From Guillardia theta CCMP2712 (Eukaryota; Protista; Cryptophyta): 64,000 bases of DNA. The notes under the pieces are model-generated. The model was not told the DNA's origin. It worked only from the letters and a program-made list of their open reading frames with translations, and did not search any database. Both the position numbers and the translations under genes were made by a program. Shown piece by piece: positions 21,487 to 35,600 of the stretch. The stretch is taken from the NCBI RefSeq assembly GCF_000315625.1, contig NW_005434649.1, forward strand, positions 372,001 through 436,000, given 5' to 3'. The number at the start of each line of letters is the position of its first letter. Position 1 is the stretch's first letter.

Positions 21487-24400
21487 GGCTGCGAAGAGAC
21501 GCGTGGCTCTCAGTGGGTCCGTTACAGAAATAGGGTAGACCGTTACAGTACTGATCTACTGTCGGTTACAAGTCGCCCAGGTGCCGGGTGGCTCCGCGTC
21601 GTGACTCAGGCCGGGCGGGCCCCGGCGCGGAGTAGTCCGATGATAACGGTTACAAAGTTGCTGACTCATAACGGTCCTCATAAAGATGATCGTCAAAGGT
21701 TTTATTACTCAACCACTTCATAAAAATACATTTATAGCCTGGTCACCGTCAAGCATGCCCATGTGGATCTCGAGGTGACCACCTGCCTCCCCACCGCATC
21801 TAAAGCTCCATTAGAGGCTCACATAAGAAATCAACAACCCTGCACACACCCTCGCAACACACTTAAACCTCGTTGACTCATGGGGGGCATTTCTTATCAC
21901 ATGACACCCTTGCAGCGATTGATTAGAGTCCCACTTAAGAAATGGACTACCATGACCAAGTTTTTCTACAACCTTTTGAAAAACTATGCTTTTGCGGTGA
22001 CGTGTGAAGCTCTACACCGCACCGGTTCTGCCTTAGATCCTGGCCCCCACTTCAACCACCTTACCCCCTAATAGACTATTTAGTACCCCTCCTAATGAGG
22101 GATAACCCCCACCCCATCTCCGGCTGCCATTTCTGGAACTACTGCAAATTTACCCCCATCCTTCTCCACTTTTACACCCCACCCTTCGGAGACAAACCCC
22201 CACCCCAGGTGCCGTTAGAGTTGGTCGCCTTTGCGTACTGGGTGCAACATGGTAGATAGTACACATAGGACCATTCTATCTTCCTAAGACCTCACGGCAG
22301 CAAGGTGTCTCACCGAGGAGACGCATGCCCTTTTCAAGGGGGAAAGCAGCGAGAGGCTGAAATCATTCCAAGTTTGAGCCAATTCTTGGTATCCTCTCAT
22401 GCCTCTTGATTTCCTATAGTGATCTCAAAGCTCTGCTTCAATACTACTCCACTATCACTTTATGGGTTTGATTTCGACTGTATCACTTTCGGCTGCCTCT
22501 TGAAATTGGACATGTGTGTGGTAAAGAACGATCATGATGCGGAGGCCTTCTCGAAATCACTCGCTTTCACGTCGTTTTACTCTAAAACCACCAATTTATC
22601 CAACAAAGCATGATCCACCCTACCCCCTCTCGGGTTGTCACCTCACCCCCTCTGTGAACGTGTCTTCACCTAAAAGATATGTCCCTAAAGCCCAGGGTTC
22701 GCCTTTCGAGCTTCCATCTTTCGAATGTACCCTACCTTCTTACCCGTCCTCATCCTGAAACCCACCCCACCGTGAAGATTGAAATCTTCGAAAGATACAA
22801 GGGTGGGGGTAATACCTTTCGGAGGGGTACAACACGTACAAGAATGATGAAGCATTCAAATAACTGGGTGATAGAAAGGAGAAAATGAGACTAAAATAGA
22901 GGGGTAGTCATGGTGTGACATATTGAGAACAGGGTACTCTTGATGGACAGAGAATTTGTGGGGGTACTTAAGTCTATGGGGTGTATGACCCCACCCCATA
23001 ACTACTACCCTGGACATAACTTTGTAGATTTGTACCAGGCAAACGCGCCTCCTTCCGTCGCTTCCCCTGCTCGTCAAACCCGTTTCCGGCTCCGACTGTG
23101 CTGCTATATCTGTACGCCCTTCTCCCATCTGTAACCCTTTCCTGTCTTCCTCCTCCCTCTTCGAACATATCACTTGCAAGTTGGACTGCTTCACGCCCTG
23201 CACATTTCTGCTCCGGGTCAGTCTTGCAACTTGCCAACACCTGCGTACGGACGTCCGTAGAGTACCTAGCTCCAGTGGCAGAAGTTTGCAGTGTTGCCTG
23301 ATCGTCTGAATCGTTAAGGCAATATCATCTATTTCTCAACAATTTCCTGGCTGATCCTCTGATCACTACTGCGTTTCTGAGGTTGTATCGGTTTCTGGAT
23401 TTACACAGTGGACTGCTCACATACGAAATAATGAGACTGTGAAATAGACAACTGCTGTTGCTGTTTGGAATCTTCTTGTAGATAATGATAGAACATTTCG
23501 AATCTAATATGATAGATGATTCGACGGAGCCGCTTTCGAAGGAAGCCTTCGAGCAGTTCTTTGGGTTCTGCCCAAGTACTGCGCCCGTGACTACCAAAGC
23601 GAACTTGATGATGGATTTCAACCTTACAGCGTTTTCGATGGACTGGATAGATGAATTCGAGGGTCTTGAATTCTTGGTGAAGGATCAAGATCGGACGGAA
23701 AATCGACCTATTCAACGTACCCCGAACACACGAACAGAAAGTATGGATGAGAGGCTGAATAGATTTATGATGGATTTTTCTATGGACGACGACCCCCTTG
23801 ATATGGCCATGGATGATTTGAATGTGGTTGCTCAGCCAAAACAAAGACATACCTCTATCTGATCAAGCACATCCGGGCCCGTGACCGTGAGGTCGCTAAT
23901 GAGCATTTTTGTACTGTAACGTCAAATAGCAATGTATTACTACTAGTGTAAATGCAATTTAAAGTGACACAATGTCGTTGATGTTTGGTGATTCCTCTGC
24001 TTTTGCATCATAGCACTGCTAGAAAACATCAGCCATGCGTAATCTTTGAGTCATTCTTCTTTGTGCGAATGTTGACTTGAATTCTACCCACTGACACTAG
24101 CGGCACTGAGTGTCAGTGTTGAATTCACCGCTGAACGGTGCTGCCCAGCAACAGCTCACGCTAGTCAGAGTGTGATGACATTTCTTAGTGATATGCTACT
24201 CAGCGCTCAGCTGCAGCTCGTGTCGAAGTTTGCAGTCGCGCTGGGCCGCAGGCCGCCGCCGCGACTCGGAAGGCTGAGAAACTTACTCGGACAGAGAGGA
24301 CTGAACCGTCAGTGATCGGACCCGGCGTACCGTCGGTAGGACAATCGGAAGCCGGCTGACAGCTGAGTCGTGGCGGCCCTTGGAGCCCGGTACTACTAGT

Positions 24401-25532
24401 ACCGTCACGGTAGGCTCATACAGTACGACTTCTGCCCATGAAGTTTCAAGTTTCAAGACTTCACGCTCGGAGGCGGGGCGCCACTGCCCCGGCCGGGCCG
24501 GCCCACGGGGCGCACTGGCAGGCCCTGAGCCTCCGAGGAGGGCGGCGCCGGTGCGCGCCGCCCGGGCCCCGCCGGGCCCCCCGCCGCCGCGGCCCAGGGC
24601 GTGCCCCGGCCCCCCGCGGCCCGGGCCCGGGCCCGGGCCGTGCGCCGGTCGTCGGAGACCCGGGTCGCGTGCCAGCAACCCCATCCGACGGTGCAGCCGC
24701 TGCGGCCGGCGCCGCGGGCCCCACGGTCCGATCCCGGATCGGCGCCGGCGCCGGCCCGGGGGCCGCCGGCCAACTTCCGGGCCGAGACGGACTGCCTGTC
24801 GGCGGAACTTGAACCCTACCTGGCACGTGCGGGAACACCGAGGGATGAAGATCATGGAAGATGGATGATGCGCGGCATGAAGGAAGTCGGGCATCGGCGA
24901 TCGCATGAAGATCATGGAAGATCGATGCTGCGCTTCATTCAGTGCCGCTGATCATCGAGGTAGCATGCTGGCCAGCCCCCAATGTTCCTGCTTGCACTTG
25001 CTGCTGTAGCTCCTCCTGTTGTGCTTGTCGTGAATGATCATGAGGCGTGTGATGATCCTTTGCACCGTGAGCTCTTTGCGCCAGAGATGTGGCAGAAGTG
25101 GAGTAAGACACCACTGATGCTGCTGTGCTCATGCGCTCCCCGCTCAACGAAGATCGAACGCTGTGGGCGTGTTGATGGAGTCACTTGTACCACTGATAGT
25201 GGCTAAGTCCACCTCACAGCACAAGTATCGTCTTTCCTTTGTCTTGTATATGTACTTCAACACCATGGTTGAGATGTTGTGTTGTGATATGTTTTGTTGA
25301 GACATGTTGCGTTGAGATGTCGCGTAAAGAAATGTTGCTTTCAGAACTGACCGGTTCGGTTTTGGCAGATGTAAATTAGATTATACAGCAGATGTAATCG
25401 TACTTACAGGTTGTAAATGAGTAGTCTCTTCATACCATTCTTTATGTATAATAGAACAAACACGAAAAGGTAAACAACAACTACGAAAGTTCTAAGAGCA
25501 ACTGAATACACTACAATCTAACCCTGCCCTCT

Positions 25533-26898
25533 TCAATCGTTTGTCATCGTCACCATAGCTGTTCCCATCAGCACCCAGACGTCTGGCGGCTCGTCCGTTG
25601 GCAGGGAGATACCTTGAAACAAGTAAGCGATAGAAGCACAGGGCAACAAGTGCATGCACTTACTGAGGATGTAGTTGGTCGACTGCCCCGTTGTGTTGAG
25701 TACACCTGCCCTGACGTTGGTCTTGTACAGCGGGCATTCGTAGTCCTCAGCAGGAGGCGTGTAGTCTTGGACGGGGTTGAAGTGGATGATAGGAACTAGT
25801 GACATCATCTCCCCCATGTTGGATGGTTTGAGTTTCTTCGTCCTCCTGTCCCACCTGGCGGCTTCCAAGAAAAGTCCTTCGATGTAGATGCCGTCCTCCG
25901 GAGGGTCGGCCACGTCGTCCACGCTCTCCATGGACTTGACGGTGAAGCCGAAGTTGAGAGTGTCGATGGGTAGCTGATACCTTCGTGCATGGGTCTGGAG
26001 AGCTCCTGTCATGAAGCCTTGAGGGTAGTAGAAGCCTGGCAGCCAAAAGCTGTTGGGTTGACCCTTGACCAGCCACGACTTGAAGAAGTTGATGCGGCGA
26101 TGAAAGTCTTTGAGCCAGGAGCCAAGGGGCTTAAGGGAGGGGTAGGCGACCTTGCTCCAGAGGGAAGGGACCTGGTTGTTCTGAAACGAGGTGAACATCA
26201 TCTCCAGCTCTGCCGACATCACGACGATTCCCTTGATGGCCTTTTGGAGGTCGGCCAGGGAGATGCGCATGGCGCGGATAAGGCGGTTGAACTTGTCGAG
26301 CTCCTGGAGGAGGACAGTGTCGAGGGAGCGATAGGCCCCGTTGGGCAGCTTCGTGAAGAGACCAGCAGCATGATCCTGCGCGCTGAACCCCGGGCTGTCA
26401 TGAGGGAAGTCGGGAGGAAGGGAGGAGAGGGTCGAGCTGCACATCTCATCGACCATTTCTTCCGGGCTCTTGCCCTCCCCGTGACCGCCTGACACTCTGG
26501 GCTGGATACTGAGGACAGTGTCGAAGATGGATCTTGTCTCTTGCAGCTGGAAGGTGATGTTGGCGTTGGCGTGCATGCCGAAGACTTCGGGGTTGTCGAT
26601 CATGGGAAGGGATCGCAGGTAGTCCATAAGAGCGTCGTGCGACCCGACCTTGGGGGAGAAATAGGTTCCGCTCTCAGAGAACTTGTACTCGTCGTCGTCA
26701 ACAACGTTCTTGGTGTAGTACCTCGCCAGAATGCACATGAGGCATCTCCGGTCGATGTCGTCCGTGACTCGACCTGCAAGAGGGCAGGTGAAAGAAGGAC
26801 AAGGGCGATGAGCAAACGTGGGGGGATGGGGGGAGTTAGACGAGAGGTGCGTTGTACAGAAATTGAGGAAGCGAATGTGGAGGAGAAGTGGAGAGCAT

Positions 26899-26934
<36 letters not shown>

Positions 26935-29900
26935 AAATCTTTCACCTCCGTAGTTGACGTGGCCAGTAACGTACGTCAGCGCCTCCCACGGCATCTCCTC
27001 GAAGTTCCTGGTGAACATCTTAAGAACGTCCTTGGCGCAGAGGATGTCGGAGGTGTTGAACTCGTAGCGGATATTCCATCCCAAGGCACCGTATTTCCTC
27101 CGCTCCTGCACCACAGCATGGAAGAAGGAGAGACCGACCAGCAGCTTCTTCCAGTACCTCGCGTCCCTCCCTCCCCTCTCGTCGCCGCATACCTCCCACT
27201 CCTCCGCCAGCATCGTGAACGTGCCAATAAGGTTCGCGCGCAGGCCCTTGGGAGGCTCGTTGGTGAGCTTGATCCCATTCTGGAGGACGGAGACGGGGAA
27301 GGACTTGGAGGGCATGGAAGTCAGCCAGAGCCGAAAGTTCTCGTCGCCGACGCCATGCGCAAAGTCCTCGACGATCTTCTCCAGCGCTCCCATCCATGAC
27401 GTTGCAAGGTGGCAGTTCATCAGGCACACCCAGTCGCCCTTCTTGGTTGACTGCGCGATCACCTTCTCCGCCACGGGGCCCTGGCCCTGTCCCAGCGAGA
27501 TGCTCTGCAGGCGGTTGAGGTAGTTCTTCTCCTCGGCGAACTTGATCAGGGCACCGGTGGGGTCGCTGCCGACGGAGAGGACGAAGATGACGGGGGTGCG
27601 GTAGTCAGTGTCGGGGAAGATCTCGGCGAGCATGATGGGAGGAGACTCTGTAAAGGAGCGACCCATCTTCTCCTCGACGTACTTGGAGGTGGCGAAGACA
27701 AGCTTCTCCTCCCTGAAGATCTTGAGGACAATCATCTTCTGGAAGCTATTGAGCTTGCCCTGCCATGGCTCCGGCAAAGGCGCGTCCTGCGGCATCGCAG
27801 TCCCGGCCCACTGTTTCCACTGCTTCACGGAATCCGTCACGCTGCCCACGAACCCCTCGAACAGGTGCGGCATCTGCGCCTCGAGCCCGAGGATCGCCTC
27901 CCACTGCGGGGAGGAGACGAAGGTAGGATCAGGGTTCTTGACCTTGGCCTCGGCTGGCGGGGCTCCTCGCAGGATGAAGTTCCACTCGCCAGAGCTGATG
28001 TGGCCGAGGTTCCGCTGGATGGAAGTGCAGATGAGGAAGGAGAAGATGAGCTTGTGCTTCTCAAAGAGCCCTCTGCAGACGTTCTTGTACATGAAGTCAG
28101 TGATGAAGGCTATCAGGATCTCTAGCCTCTTTTCCAGGTTGTCGTTCTTCTGGCTGACCTCGATGCAGTAGTTGTACAGCCTCTTGAAGTACTCGAGGGA
28201 ATACTGATACATCGGGTCGATCTCCGCCAGGTCGGCTACGACGAAGTAAATCAGGGACCCTCGGGTAGCGACGCTCCTGTATCCCTCCCTTGCCGTCGAG
28301 ATCTGCTCGTCGGTCTCGGTTGCGTCCGCCACCCTCTTGACGATCATGGAGGTGGTGAACTTCGACTGCTGCAGCGTGTTGATAAGCGGCTCGTTGTCGA
28401 GGATCATCCCCTCGCTCTCCTTGAGCAGCTTCAGCACCTTGTCCTGCAGGTCGCTCAGCTGCTTCTTGTCTGACGCCATGCTCACAACGAGCTTGTCCTT
28501 CATGGCCTCGAGGTCGGGCCTCTCCTTTCTCACCACGTCCCCCAGCAGCTGATCCTCCAGTCCATCCAGCGTGATCACGAAGTTGATCAAGGTGGCCTTG
28601 ATGCAGACGTCGGGGAGGTAGTGAGGGTTTGACATCTTGGTTGTCATATAGAACTTGAAGGCTGGATCGTAGTCGACGTCCTGCTCGCCTACTCGGATCA
28701 AGATTCTGCTCCCCTGCCTGAAGAGCTGCTTCAGCAGGATCGGCTCCAGAGCTGGGTCGAGCTCCTCTCCAAGGTCCTCCAGCATGACTGGGTTCCCAAC
28801 TCTTATGCTGCTCTCCAACGTGCGGAGGAAGTTGGGGTCGGTGAGCTTGATGAGCCGCAGGCCGTTCCTCTCCTCCATGTTCTTGATCCACCTGTTCGCC
28901 TGCATCTGCGGGTCGATCATGAGCGGCCAGCGCTGACCGATTTTGACCAGAACTCCGTTGTCGATCGATACCTGCAACAGTGGAGTGAGAAGAGAGGAGG
29001 GAGGACAGGACAGGGCAGGGAAGGGAATGGCAGGGAAGGAGAGTTCAGCAACAAATGATAGGAGGGAAGAGGAGATCAGGGGAAAGAAGGAAATAGCTAG
29101 ATTGCATGGGGAAAGGATAACAGTTCAAAACTTGCACAAGGTAATCGAGACAAGGTACAGTGGGAAAGCACAGACACATCCAGGAATCCTCTCATAGAGG
29201 GTAGAAACACGGGCTACAAGAGCTTCACTTCACTTCACCTCATCAGTGGGCAGACCGTTGATGTTCCACTCTCTGACTTCAACCGCCTTAGAGAGCGTGT
29301 TGACAAGGCTGAAGGAAGGTGATATGGGGATACCCCCGGATTTGCATGCCTCCATCCACTGCGCTACAATCTCCTTCCTATACCCTCCTGTCAGGGGCCC
29401 GTAGTAGGCCACGCAGGCGGCGCCTAGGAACACGTCCCCCACCAGCAGCTTCAGCTGCGTGTTCAGCACTCCCACCTGCTCCGTCCATGACACCTGCTCT
29501 GACCCCAGAGCGTCTGTCAGCTTCCCAGCTCGCCCCAGCCTCGCCTCGCACAGAGCCGCCTGATCTGCCAGGCTCTTCTTGTCCACCATGGCCTGGTCGA
29601 GCTGTTCCTCGAGGGACATGACCTTGTCTTGCACCTGCTTCAGCGCGTCTTGCTTCTCCTTCAGCGCTGACATCGCCTTGGCAAGCGTCGCATTCGCTGC
29701 TGCGAGCTTCGCTTTCTTGGGCTCGACCTCCTTGGCGACGCGGTTGTAGACTTCCATGGCCCGGCACCACATGCAGAGGCCCTTGGCTGCCTTGGAGACC
29801 TTGCCGACGGTCTCGGGGGTGAAGTCAGGCATGGCCGTGTACTTGGTGAGCACCTTGACGCGCTTGGGATCCATGTTGTCCTTGTCGTAGTTGAGGAGGA

Positions 29901-32549
29901 GATCCATGAAGTCTGACTGCCCCAGTACTCTCTTAGCTGTATCCCAGTCCGTCTTCATCCCCAGCAGAGCGCAAACAGCCTCCATTGTCGTCTGCACGAG
30001 GGCCGGAGGCTTCGCAAACGACTTCACCTCGGTGATGTCTCCCTTAGTCAGCGAGTTCAGCGCCGACACGGCAGCGTCTAGAGCAGGAAGAGCCTCGTCC
30101 AAGTCCTTCTGCGCGTCTTCCTGCACCATCTTGACCTCTGTGGCCTGCGCCTCCACCTCGAGCGTCTCTGCTGCCACCACCTTCTCCACCTCAGCAGCGC
30201 TGGCCTTGTCCTTGGTGACCACAGCCAGGAGCTCCTCCGTCGCCTTGGACTTCTCCACGAGGATAGGAGCGAGCTCAGCAAGGTCTTTCTTCGACTGCTC
30301 GATCACGAGCCCCACCTCGACCATCTTGTCGAGCCCGTTCTTGAACCGGTCCCGCTTCTCGCTCAGCTCCGACCGCTTCTCCCCCAGCAGCTTCAGGTAC
30401 ATCTCGATCAGGTCGAGGTAGCTCTTGGGGGAGATGTAGAACTTCCTTCTCAGCTCCTCCCAGAACCGGTCCGACGAGGCTTCCACGGACTGGTGGATCA
30501 CTGTGCACATGGTACAGAGGGACGTCTTGACCTCCAGGTCCACGTTCTCCAGCCCCAGCAGGAAGCGCTTGGCCACGTCCAGCAGCGCCTCCTGGGGCCA
30601 TGGGAGGTACCAGTCGATGGTGGTGCAGTTGATGAGCGAGGGAAACATCCGGCACCTGGTACGGAAGGCCTCGCCCACCGGGCTCATGCACAGCACACAG
30701 TGAAGGTTTGCCTGCACGGAGGAAATGAAGGTCTGGTAGACAGAGTCCTTAGACAGCGGCCTCCCAAGGGCAGCCGCGTACTCGCGGACGTCGTTGATGA
30801 TTCTATCCTTCTCGTCAGGAGGGAACAAGTTCGGCACGTCGCCGGCGTTGAGGATTGAGTTGATGTCCTCGACGAAGCCCTCGTTGACGATCTGAGAGTC
30901 TGTAAAGAGGAAGACCACCTGATTTCTCTCTACCCCCGCCACGATGAAGAGCTTCTTCAGGTCCTCTCTAAACTCGTTGTTGCCGTAACCCCTCGTCAGC
31001 TCGATCGAGATGCACTTGTAGTCCGACATGAAGGCTGCCAGCCTCGTCAGGCTCTGCTTTCCCGACCCTCCCAGCCCCACCAGCATCGCGTTCCCCCGAG
31101 GGGAGCGGAGGATACGAGCGAGGCGGGAGATGTGCTCAATGGCGTCCATGAAGAAGACCAGGTTCATCGTCTTCGGAGTAGACAGGTTGTACTCCTCTAG
31201 GTACGCCTCCATCAGCTTGTCCAGCTTCTTGGGGTCCTGGATAGGCTCGTAGTGCCGGTCCTCAGGGGCAACTCCCATTTTAAGGAAGTCGCCGAAGAGG
31301 ATGGGAGCTTTCTCGAAGGTCTCCGTGTAGTCCCAGTCGACGCTGAACTTCTTCTTGAGCATCTCGTGCAGCCAGCGCTGGAACACGTTCTTGTCCTGGT
31401 GGTCGATGAGACGGTCCTGGAAGACCCGCTGGTTCTCATGGCACCAGAGGCGGAGGAAGGTGCGCGAGTCCGGGCAGTGCTGGACCTTGAGGGAGAGGAT
31501 GCCCTGGAAGACTTTGGAGAGGTCACGTAGGTTGAAGGTGTAGTGGCTCTTGGCGGGGGTCGGGAGCATCTCAGACGAGATTCGCTCGTAGATGTCGATG
31601 CTGGCGTCCACCGTCGTCTTGGCGAGCGCCTTGACGTCGGCGGGAAACATGGCCAGGTGGCCGTCGAGGATGGAGAAGAAGATGACGAAGAGGACTGAGC
31701 GGGAGGGGGGAGAGATCGAGAGCATGGAAAAGTGCCGGAAGAACCTGTTGGTCACCACGTTCCGCCCTCCTCCAGGTGGGCCGCAGGCCGCGACCAGCAC
31801 CATGTCCACGATGTCGTTCCAGTTGAACTTCTTCCTGTCGTAGAGGCCCCCAAGGGGGCGGTAGTACTCAAGAGTGTCCGTGACCTGTCTCAGCAGCTCG
31901 ACGGGAGGCTGGGCCCCGTACTCCTCCCTAGCCGGCATGTTGACGTCATCGACGAAGCAGATGAGCTTCTTGTTGACTGGCGCCCCCACGACTCCCTTCC
32001 TCTTCTTCTCGAAGCGCAGCTCGAGCATCTCCTGGGTGCGGGGGCTGGAGGTCTGGGCCGAGAAGTTGATGGTGAAGGGGATAAGGTTTCCCTCCATCTC
32101 CCTCCCAAGGAACTTCCCAGGCACCGCAAGGGAGTAGAGGGCGTCGACGACTATGACTGACTTGCCGGTTCCGGACTCTCCCACGAAGAGCGAGCCTCTG
32201 CCGACGGAGATGAACGCTTCGAGCATGTAGGAGTACCTGACTGTGTCCTTGGTGGGCACCAGGATGTCGGAGTAAGGCTTGTCCTTCTGGTAAACGAACT
32301 TTGGAGCGACCTCTTCCCAGGGCCGGAACTCCTTCGTCTCGGGGTCGACACAGTAGTCGTAGACGTTGCCGGAGTTGGGGAAGCGAGCTATGGAGGAGAG
32401 AGAGTCTCTGACCCACTCGGAGAAGATCTCCTTGCTCTCAGAGTCTAGATTGCCCCCGATGGACCAGACGAGGGAGAAGAGGAACCACCTCTTGAGCAGA
32501 TCCGCTAAGCCTGTGGGAGTGCGAGAGTAAGAAAAGAGGAGCAGGAGCT

Positions 32550-32612
<63 letters not shown>

Positions 32613-35600
32613 TACTAAGAAGAGGCATCAAGGGGGTAAAGAAGCAAACAACAAATCAGGAAGAGTGGGAGAGAAAGTAGTATTTGCCATGAAGAACAAA
32701 GAATTGACAGAATGACATCTCCTTCTCTCACCTGGCATCTCAAAGTCCAGGTCTTCACCATTGGGCGAGTCAATGAACTTGCGGGAGGGGATGAAGAGAG
32801 TCTGAAACATCCTGCAGAGACTTGTCGCCAAGTTGTTGTCCACGGACGATATGCCTCCTTCCCGACAGTCCCTTCTGACCGTCAAGATAGCTGCTGGCAC
32901 ATGTTCCTCAAGCATGCCTGCGATCAGCGTCTTGTGCTCCTTTGGGAGTTTGGGAGGAAGGTACACCTCCACCCACATGCGGATGAATGCCAGACACCCG
33001 AGGCCCTCCGGAGGGACCCACACGACTCCGAGACGACTGACGGTAGCAGGAGAGGCAACGGCACAGTCCTCCACCTCGAAGAGCATCCTGAGAGTGTTGC
33101 CGTTGAGCTTGATCCTCTCTCCGTTGGGCAGGCAGAGCGTCCGGTTGTCATCGAGCACCGTGTTCATGTTCTCGATCCAGATGGCGTCGATGGGGCCATC
33201 GAACACGATGAACTTCTTGTCGTCGCTGGTGTCGCTGTTGGCTGTTCTGATGATCGTCGACCCGAGCCCGTCCGTCCACTCGTTGGTCAGCAGGTTGTAG
33301 TTGCCGTACAGCTCTCCCATCGAGATGCTCTTGGGGTTGAAGCAGAATGTGTGCGTCACCTGGAACGCAGAGTCTGCGTGCCCCGCGTTTCTCAGCTGCG
33401 TCATTGCCTCAGCTAGTGCACGGGAGAGCGTCGTCTTCCCTCCCCCCGTCGGCCCGACCACCATCACCCCGAAGCGGATCCCCAGCACCTCGTACAGCTG
33501 GATCGCCTTGGTCATCACGTCCTCGTTGACCACGAAGCTCTGCATGTTCAGACACTGTACGATCCTCGCGTACAGGTCCCCAGTGTCTTGCTTCGGCACC
33601 TCAACCCCGGGGAACAAGTCCTCCACGATAGCATTGAAGAGGATGACGTCATCTTTGAGGAACTTGGGGATGTTGGAGTCGCACATGGCGCGAATGAGAG
33701 TGATGTTCTCCGGCAGGTCGGGGTTGGCTCGCTTCCCTGCCCCAGCCATCACCAGCACACTTTTCACCGCCCTCATGCCAAAGTCGTAGTGAGGCTGGGA
33801 GGAGACCTGCTCGGACGCGAGCTTGTACAACTTGGTCATCTTCTTACTGAGGGGCCGAGAGGTCTCGAAGCCTTCGGCGAAGAGAGAGATCTCAGCGATG
33901 AGACTGTAGTCGGGTACCATCATAGACATGGGCCTGAAGAGAGCCTTGAGGTTGTCCGGCAGCTCCGTTCTCCCCGCGTACCCCGGATTCATCGTAATGA
34001 ACACGCCGAAGGTGTCGACGAGCTTGATCGTCAGGCCCTCGAACTCGAACTCCGTCACCTGCTGCCTAAGCGCGATCTGGATCGTGATGATCTGCTGGGC
34101 GACCACCGACAGAACCTCTACGTTGATCCTGTTGAACTCGTCGAAGCAAGCCCAGGCACCGCACTGCGCCAGCCCCTTGAAGAACTTGCCCATGAACTTG
34201 TAGTCCAGGTTGTCACCGCAGTTGAACACGACGCATTGCCTGCTCAGCGCCTTGGCAAGGTCCTTAGTAGTCTCCGTCTTCCCCGTCCCTGCCGGCCCGG
34301 CGGGAGCGCCCCCGAGCTTCAGCTCTAGAGCTCCTGTAAGGGTCATGTAGCAGCGGTCGGAGAGGGGCGTGATGACGAGGCGGAAGGAGGCGCCGAGGTA
34401 CTCGTACGCGCAGAGGAAGCGAGCGGTAACCTGGAAGATCTCCAGGTCCCCGAAGGTGCCGATGCTCGGGTTCCAGTAGTACCGGATCCTCATCTGCCAG
34501 CTGAAGTCGGTCTTGCTCTGCGTCCCGTCGTTGATAAGATACTCGATGATGTCCCGGTTGTGCACGTCGATGGTGATCAGGGCAACCAGGGATCCTCGCT
34601 GCAGCTTCGTCAGATCCCCACGGACTAGCCGGCAGAGCTCCGACAGCCACACGACGTTCTGGTCGAACCAGGTCGAGATTCCCTTCTTCGCATCCCCGGG
34701 CACCAGCTCCCCGTCCAGCGCACTCTCCGCTCCCCGGGCCCAGGTGATCTGACTGACGTTAATCAGCAGCTGCCCAGCATGATCGAAGACCCACTGGTGC
34801 CTGTCCCTCCCCTCGAAGTCATCCAGCGCCTCCTTACAGAGGATTCTCAGCTGAGTCACCATCGCCTTCTCCACGCTCGAAAGCCAGTGCTCGACCTCTC
34901 CTCGAGCCTTGAGGTTCTTTCCCAACGTGACGTACTCGCCCTCCGAGCTTATCATGCCGTAGATGTCGACAGACGTCTCGTCCTTGGTCCTCACCGGCGA
35001 GTTCTCATGCTCCCCGCCGAAGTCCAGCTTCTTGATGGCGTCGAAGCACTTCATCATGTGCGGCTGCACCGCCTGCACGTTGCGCGTCTGCGCGAGAATC
35101 TCGAGCAGCTCGTCGTTGGAGAGGAAGTAGAAGCGCGGGAATGCCATTCTCTTGAACTCAAGGTACTCCTCCAACGACTTCTGGATCTTATCCAGCGCCT
35201 CGTTCCACTTCTTGAAGTGGTCCGCCAGCCCGGGCTGAGTCCCAGCTCGCATGCAGTTAGGGTTCTCGTTGGTCTTCTTCATGATCCCCTTGAAGCCCTT
35301 GTCAATGTCGAGGAACTGCTTCGCCTCTAGCGGCAGCTGCCGCTGGATGTCAGGAGCTGAGAAGATCGGCTCCAGGTACATCCAGTTCTTCTGTACCCCC
35401 AGCCACTCGTCCAAGGTGTCTTGCATCATCCTCACATTCGTCTCCATCTTCTCCACCTCCGACCTGATGCCCCCGACGTACCTGCTCGCCATGATGGTCC
35501 CGATCGTCACCATGCTCTCGTCCAGCAGCGCCTGGATCTCATCCACCCCGCCGAGGATGAAGACGTCCTTGGACTCCTTGAAGTTGTTGAGCGTGAACTC

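Noticed and set aside
22250-23862. Possible decayed RWP-RK-like fragment (HFRLPLE) and 125-aa acidic ORF 23485-23862
   Set aside because: No RWP motif and no coherent exon structure; cannot support a gene call.
24283-24951. Several overlapping Arg/Pro/Gly-rich ORFs
   Set aside because: Result of extreme GC content suppressing stop codons.
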